64,000 nt of DNA, taken from NCBI GenBank assembly GCA_965262915.1, contig OZ253564.1, positions 3,584,001 through 3,648,000 on the forward strand, read 5' to 3'. Position numbers and translations under genes: made by a program. Of the stretch, positions 59,162 to 64,000 are shown in pieces; the first letter of the stretch is position 1; the number at the start of each line of letters is the position of its first letter. The DNA comes from Candidatus Spongiisociaceae bacterium (GTDB lineage: Bacteria; Actinomycetota; Acidimicrobiia; Spongiisociales; Spongiisociaceae). The notes below the pieces were generated by a model. The model saw only the letters and a program-made list of their open reading frames with translations. It searched no databases and had not been told where the DNA came from.

Positions 59162-59460
59162 AGCGGCACTGCCTCACCGAGGATGTTCTCGCGCCGAGAG
59201 GGGGATCTCCCATCCAATTCTCGGAGCAGCCCGTCCATGCTTATGACATCAACCTCGCGGCCCAGCAGTTCTGCAAGTGCGCGCCGGATACGGATCAGGT
59301 CGAAGAGGCTACCTTCCTTTTCGAGCTTTACCAGAAAGTCGATGTCGCTGTCTGGTCCGTCGTCGCCCCGCACTACGGAGCCGAAGACATGCACTTCCTT
59401 CCCCCGATGTGACCGAACGACCCCTAGTATCTCCTGTCGCCGTTCCTCTAGGAGGCGCAT
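59158..59460 (-). CDS. MntA-like minimal nucleotidyltransferase antitoxin
   Basis: VFGSVVRGDDGPDSDIDFLV, LLGREVDV; ATGA overlap with the HEPN gene. Confidence 0.88.
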   Translation of the reverse strand: MRLLEERRQEILGVVRSHRGKEVHVFGSVVRGDDGPDSDIDFLVKLEKEGSLFDLIRIRRALAELLGREVDVISMDGLLRELDGRSPSRRENILGEAVPL

Positions 59461-59799
59461 CGAAGACCTTCCAGATCCGTCCATCGCTATCAACCCCCAA
59501 ACCTACGCAGCCATCCCATGAGGCCGGTCATCGCCGACCAACCCTGTCATAGAGACCCCACGGGTACCACATGTAAGATTCTACCACCAACGACCCAGGG
59601 CGCCGAGGGAGACTGACTCCTCCTATTTCGGCTAAGAGGGCTAGCGGATAGGTGCTCACGTGGGGAGACACGGGCTGCGACATTTCAAGAACCGCCCGCG
59701 ATGACCTGGGGTTTCCCGACCAGCAGCCGCCTCGGAATGACTACACGGGCACCCAACCCGCGATCCCGACACCGCCCAACACCCGAAGACACCGTAGTG

Positions 59800-61233
59800 T
59801 CAACCATGTGAGTGGACGTGACCATCGCCGCGGCGTGAGACGCTGGTGGTGCTCAGCCAGGATCCCCGGACCTCGTCTTCCAGTCCTGCCGCGTGAATAG
59901 TCTCACGCGAGACTTCGGCTGCCTCGGCAAGGAGCTCCGGAACGTTCACCCCTACCGGGTCCCCATGACGCAGAAGCAATTCACCGCCGACCAGCACGTG
60001 TTGAACGGCGTGGCTGTCGGCGGAGAAGACCAGCGCGTCCACGGGGTTGGGGGTCGGCCAGGATCCCAGCGTCGCCAGATCGATCACGGCTACATCGGCG
60101 GGGGCATCCGGCCTCAGGATTCCGGAGTCGAGCCCCAGAGCCAGCGCCCCGTCACGTGTCGCCATCTGCAGGGCCCTCTCCGGAGTGATGGCCTTCGGAT
60201 TCCCGCTCACGGCCTTGTGGAGGAGCGCCGCGTACCGCAACTCGCTGAGCATGTCGTACCGGTCATTCACCATGCCGCCGTCGGTACCTAGCCCTACGTT
60301 GATGTCACGAGCGAGCATCGGCAGCACGGGGGCAACTCCGGCGCCGGTTCGCGAGTTCGAACTGGGGCAGTGCGAAACCGACGTCTCGGTTCGCTGGAGG
60401 ACACCGAGATCGGACTCGTCGAGGTGGACTCCGTGCGAGATGACCGTTGCGGGACCAAGCAACCCGAGCGACTCCGCGTAGTCGAGCGTTCCCAGACCGG
60501 TGCCCACCCGAACCGCTTCCACATCGGCCCTCTGCTCCGCGCAATGAAACGTGAGCGGAAGCCGGTGTTGCTCCATCGCACCGGAGAGAGCCTCACCGAG
60601 GCGCCGGTCCGCCCCACTCAGCACGCGCAGCCCGAGCCAGAGGGCAACCCTCTCCTGGTTGTCCCGCCGCCACCGCCTGACGAACTCGGGGAACTCCGGA
60701 TCGGCCAGGTCGAGAGAGTCGGATCCGGCGTGTGAGTGATGATGATGCCCTTGCGAATGCGAGGAGGCGCCGTAACCGGCCCCGGAAGCGACTGCCACCG
60801 CGAGTCCTGCCCGGATGCCGATCTCTCCGGTAGCTGCCGCGACCTGATGCACCAGATGGGCGGGCACCTCCGGGTCGAGCACCGCCGTGGTGCCCGAGCG
60901 GAGCATCTCCACGCAAGCCAACCGGATGCCCACTCCGATGGATTCCGCATCGAGCTGGGCCATCAGGGGATGCTTGCGGTTGGCTATCCAGGCGATGGTG
61001 TTCTGCTCGCCGCCGCATCCCCGCCAGAGAACTTCGGCCATGTGAGCATGGGTATTGACGAAACCCGGCATGACAATCGAGCCGCGGCAATCGATCGATT
61101 CCTTGTGCTGGACGTGGCCCTCGACGATCCCGGCTACACGTCCCTCCTCGATCACCACAGTGGCCTCGGCGTATGCGGGTCCGGCGGGGTCCATCGTCAG
61201 CACCAACCCACCCGAGAGGCTGCCGACATTCAT
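59800..61233 (-). CDS. Metal-dependent amidohydrolase (deaminase type) with His-rich insert
   Basis: PGFVNTHAH, FHCAE, SHGVH, HCPSSN, GTDG. Confidence 0.87.
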   Translation of the reverse strand: MNVGSLSGGLVLTMDPAGPAYAEATVVIEEGRVAGIVEGHVQHKESIDCRGSIVMPGFVNTHAHMAEVLWRGCGGEQNTIAWIANRKHPLMAQLDAESIGVGIRLACVEMLRSGTTAVLDPEVPAHLVHQVAAATGEIGIRAGLAVAVASGAGYGASSHSQGHHHHSHAGSDSLDLADPEFPEFVRRWRRDNQERVALWLGLRVLSGADRRLGEALSGAMEQHRLPLTFHCAEQRADVEAVRVGTGLGTLDYAESLGLLGPATVISHGVHLDESDLGVLQRTETSVSHCPSSNSRTGAGVAPVLPMLARDINVGLGTDGGMVNDRYDMLSELRYAALLHKAVSGNPKAITPERALQMATRDGALALGLDSGILRPDAPADVAVIDLATLGSWPTPNPVDALVFSADSHAVQHVLVGGELLLRHGDPVGVNVPELLAEAAEVSRETIHAAGLEDEVRGSWLSTTSVSRRGDGHVHSHG

Positions 61234-63536
61234 GAAGCGTACGGTCCCTCCCCGCCATCTCGAGCAGCGAGCGCCGACAGTACCCGCTCCGGGGTTACGG
61301 GAAGGGTGGTGATGCTGAGTCCCACCGCGTCGAGCACCGCGTTGGCGACAGCCGGAGCCGGGAGCATTATGCTGGGCTCCCCTGCTCCTTTGGCACCGAA
61401 CGGTCCGGTCGGGTCGGGGCATTCGACGACGCACACCTCGATGGACGGCCCGTCGCCCGCGTACATCACCGCGTAGTCCATGAGGGTCCCGTTCATCAGG
61501 ACCCCGCCCTCGTCGACGATGAGTTCCTCTGTGAGGGCGAAGCCCAAACCTTGGTGGGTGGCGCCCTCGATCTGCCCTTCCACGATGGTCGGGTTGATCG
61601 CTCTCCCCACATCCTGGACTGCCAGCAGACGGTTTACGGTCACCTCCCCTGTCGCGACATCGATGTCCACCTCGGCGCAGTGAACCGCGTAGGTGGGGGC
61701 GTTCTCGAACTCCGTGTATGCAGTCTCTACGATGTCGAGCCCTCTCATGAGGGCTTTGCGGGCGATGTCAGCTATCGAGATGCTGTAGCCTGGCGCGCCG
61801 ATCGCGAAGATCAGCCCGGCATCGGCTGTCAGATCGGCAGCATCCACCTCCAAGTGGTCCGCCGCGATTTCCAGGAGTCGATCGCGTGCCCTCCTAGCTG
61901 CGGCGACGACCGCCTGGCCGCATCTATAGAGGGAGCGGCTTGCGTGCGCACCCGAATCGAAGGGCGTGGAGCCGGTGTCGGCCGATGTGGTCCTCACGTT
62001 CCCGACGTCGACCCCGAGCGTATCGGCGCAGATCTGCGCCAGCGTCGTTCTGATCCCCGTGCCCATCTCTATGGCTGCGACCCTCAGATCGACGGTGCCG
62101 TCGAGATTCATGCACACGGTCGCCCCGCTGAGGTCTATCGACCCGGGCTTGCCGGCAATACCGCTCTTCCAGGCTGTCATAGCCATTCCGCGGCCTCTTC
62201 GTAGGTGGCGTTCCGGTGGCGGATCGACAGGATTGCCCCATCCGAAGGCCTCGGTAGCGACACGCAGGGTCTCGTCGAATCCGGAGAGGTCGAGCGGCCG
62301 GCTCTGCGGACCCCAGGATATGCCGTCCCTCATCCGGTGACGCTGCCTGAACGAGACGGGATCGGCGCCCATCTCCCTTGCTGCGAGGTCCATCATGTGT
62401 TCGAGCGCGAACACCGACTGCGGTCCGCCATAGCCACGGAACGCGCCGGCGACCGGGGTGTTGGTGAACACGCCAACCACCTCGATCTCGGCGTTGACGA
62501 TGTCGTACGTCTGGAGGAACTGGTTGGCGATGACCCTGAGCACCCGTGGGCTGTGGCTCCGGTAGGCGCCGCAGTCGACCAGGCATCTGGCTCGGAAGCC
62601 GGTGATTACCCCGTGGGTCGAGAGAGCGATCGACACGTCCGCGACCATCGGGTGGCGCGACTCCGTACCCACGAAATCCTCGGTCCGGTCGAACACCAGC
62701 CGGACCGGCCTCTCCGTCACCAGAGACAGGGCTAGAGCGTAGGGCTCGGCGGTCAGGGCGTCACCCTTACCGAAGGCACCACCGATTTCGGGGTTGACCA
62801 CTCGCAGCCGGGATTCGGGAATGGAAAAGAGGTGCGCGAGCGTGCTCCGCGCCCGGTGTGGCGCCTGGTGGGGAGTCCACACGTCGATCCGGCCGTCGGG
62901 GGTCGGGATCACCAGGCATCCGGTGGGCTCGAGCTGGCATTGCTTCTGTCTCGGTGTTGCGAAGCGTCGTTCGAGAACTCGATCCGCATCAGCAAAGGCA
63001 GACCCCGGATCGCCGGTGACGACCCGCACCGTGTCGGCGACGTTCGAGGACATCGAGTCGTGAATGACGATCGCATCCGCCGACATGGCGTCCTCGATCG
63101 TCACCGCCGATCCGAGCGGCTGGTAACCGACATCGACACGGCTCGCGGCGGCTTGAGCCTCCTTCCGGGTGCGAGCCGCTACCGCCGCAACCGGCTCTCC
63201 CACGTAGCGGACCCGCCGACCAAGCAGCCGGCAGTCACCGGGATGGGGCTCGAAGGCGGGGTCCCGCTCGAAGTCGTGGCACGCGGGGTCGAAGGACCGG
63301 GTTCCAGGTGCGACCGCTTCGATGGTCAGGGAGGAAAGAACCGCCTCGACACCGGCTGCTGCACGGGCGGGGCCCTCGTCGACAGTTGCTACGGCATGGT
63401 TCGATAGGCTCCTGGCGAGTGCGGCGTGCAGCATGCCCGGCACCTGAATGTCCTCCACATACCTGGCTGTGCCGAGAACCTTCGACATCCCGTCAACTCG
63501 CTCGATGCGCTGCCCGACGAACCGGGTGCTACTCAT
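61230..63536 (-). CDS. Xanthine dehydrogenase-family molybdopterin-binding subunit
   Basis: IGGAFGK, AFRGYGGPQ, EMGTG, ASRS, GQIEGA, KGAGEP. Confidence 0.92.
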   Translation of the reverse strand: MSSTRFVGQRIERVDGMSKVLGTARYVEDIQVPGMLHAALARSLSNHAVATVDEGPARAAAGVEAVLSSLTIEAVAPGTRSFDPACHDFERDPAFEPHPGDCRLLGRRVRYVGEPVAAVAARTRKEAQAAASRVDVGYQPLGSAVTIEDAMSADAIVIHDSMSSNVADTVRVVTGDPGSAFADADRVLERRFATPRQKQCQLEPTGCLVIPTPDGRIDVWTPHQAPHRARSTLAHLFSIPESRLRVVNPEIGGAFGKGDALTAEPYALALSLVTERPVRLVFDRTEDFVGTESRHPMVADVSIALSTHGVITGFRARCLVDCGAYRSHSPRVLRVIANQFLQTYDIVNAEIEVVGVFTNTPVAGAFRGYGGPQSVFALEHMMDLAAREMGADPVSFRQRHRMRDGISWGPQSRPLDLSGFDETLRVATEAFGWGNPVDPPPERHLRRGRGMAMTAWKSGIAGKPGSIDLSGATVCMNLDGTVDLRVAAIEMGTGIRTTLAQICADTLGVDVGNVRTTSADTGSTPFDSGAHASRSLYRCGQAVVAAARRARDRLLEIAADHLEVDAADLTADAGLIFAIGAPGYSISIADIARKALMRGLDIVETAYTEFENAPTYAVHCAEVDIDVATGEVTVNRLLAVQDVGRAINPTIVEGQIEGATHQGLGFALTEELIVDEGGVLMNGTLMDYAVMYAGDGPSIEVCVVECPDPTGPFGAKGAGEPSIMLPAPAVANAVLDAVGLSITTLPVTPERVLSALAARDGGEGPYAS

Positions 63537-64000
63537 GACTCGTCTCCCATGAGCACCGCGGAGACCGCGTCGACGATCTTCTCGTAGCCGGTACAACGGC
63601 AGAGGCTGCCTGAGAGACCCTCGGCGATGGCTTGGCGGGTGATCGGTCCACGATGGTCCGCCACAAGAGCGGCGGCTGCTACCAGGAATCCCGGGGTGCA
63701 GAAACCGCACTGGATGGCGCCCTTGAAGATGAACTCCTCCTGCAGGACGTGCAGGTTCGATCTGGATCCGAGACCCTCCACCGTCGTGATCTCGCGACCT
63801 TCCGCCTGGATGGCGAGCATGAGGCAGGACCGGGCAAGCTCACCGTCGATTAGGACGTTGCAGGACCCGCAGACACCTTCACGGCATCCGATCTTCACAC
63901 CTTGCTTACCCAGCCGCTCCCGCAGGGTGTCTACGAGTAGTTCGAAGGGGTCCGCAAAGAGGTCGTGCGATCTGTTGTCGACCCTCAGCGATAGGGAAAT
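63533..64000 (-). CDS. Mo-hydroxylase 2Fe-2S small subunit (5' partial)
   Basis: GCREGVCGSC, QCGFCTPG, LCRCTGY; frame open to the window edge. Confidence 0.92.
   Translation of the reverse strand: MSLSLRVDNRSHDLFADPFELLVDTLRERLGKQGVKIGCREGVCGSCNVLIDGELARSCLMLAIQAEGREITTVEGLGSRSNLHVLQEEFIFKGAIQCGFCTPGFLVAAAALVADHRGPITRQAIAEGLSGSLCRCTGYEKIVDAVSAVLMGDES

Noticed and set aside
59740-59825. GTGTCAACCATGTG segment resembling an IS481-type end
   Set aside because: No transposase or partner end is recognisable, and it overlaps the amidohydrolase stop.
1-64000. tRNA, rRNA or known riboswitch (TPP, guanidine, xanthine) genes
   Set aside because: No convincing consensus was recognised by eye; an Infernal scan would be needed to exclude them.

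Overview
GC-rich actinobacterial-looking window (-10 hexamers such as TAGACT/TAGAGT, many GTG starts; a fibronectin-III fragment at the left edge hints at a host-associated lineage, which is inference). It is a catabolic island for nitrogen-rich small molecules. It holds a long, translationally coupled minus-strand operon (complex II-like genes, several amidohydrolases including an enamidase-like enzyme, a NicF-like amidase, DUF1185, DUF1989, a stand-alone ArcS/DUF5591-like protein, aldolase, aminotransferase, CrtI-like oxidoreductase, methyltransferase, GntR), a GntR regulon with a visible operator, three ABC importers, a Rieske oxygenase, hydantoinase A/B, Mo-hydroxylase subunits, several pseudogenes and MITEs. 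The most striking structure is a three-layer nest of insertion sequences at 54397-58695. An ISL3 has its left inverted repeat interrupted by an IS110 element whose bridge-RNA target guides match that IR. That IS110's own bridge RNA is interrupted, inside its donor guide, by a second IS110 whose target guides match exactly that site. Both bridge RNAs and both circle-junction promoters can be read directly from the sequence. All product names come from visual motif recognition; no database search was run.
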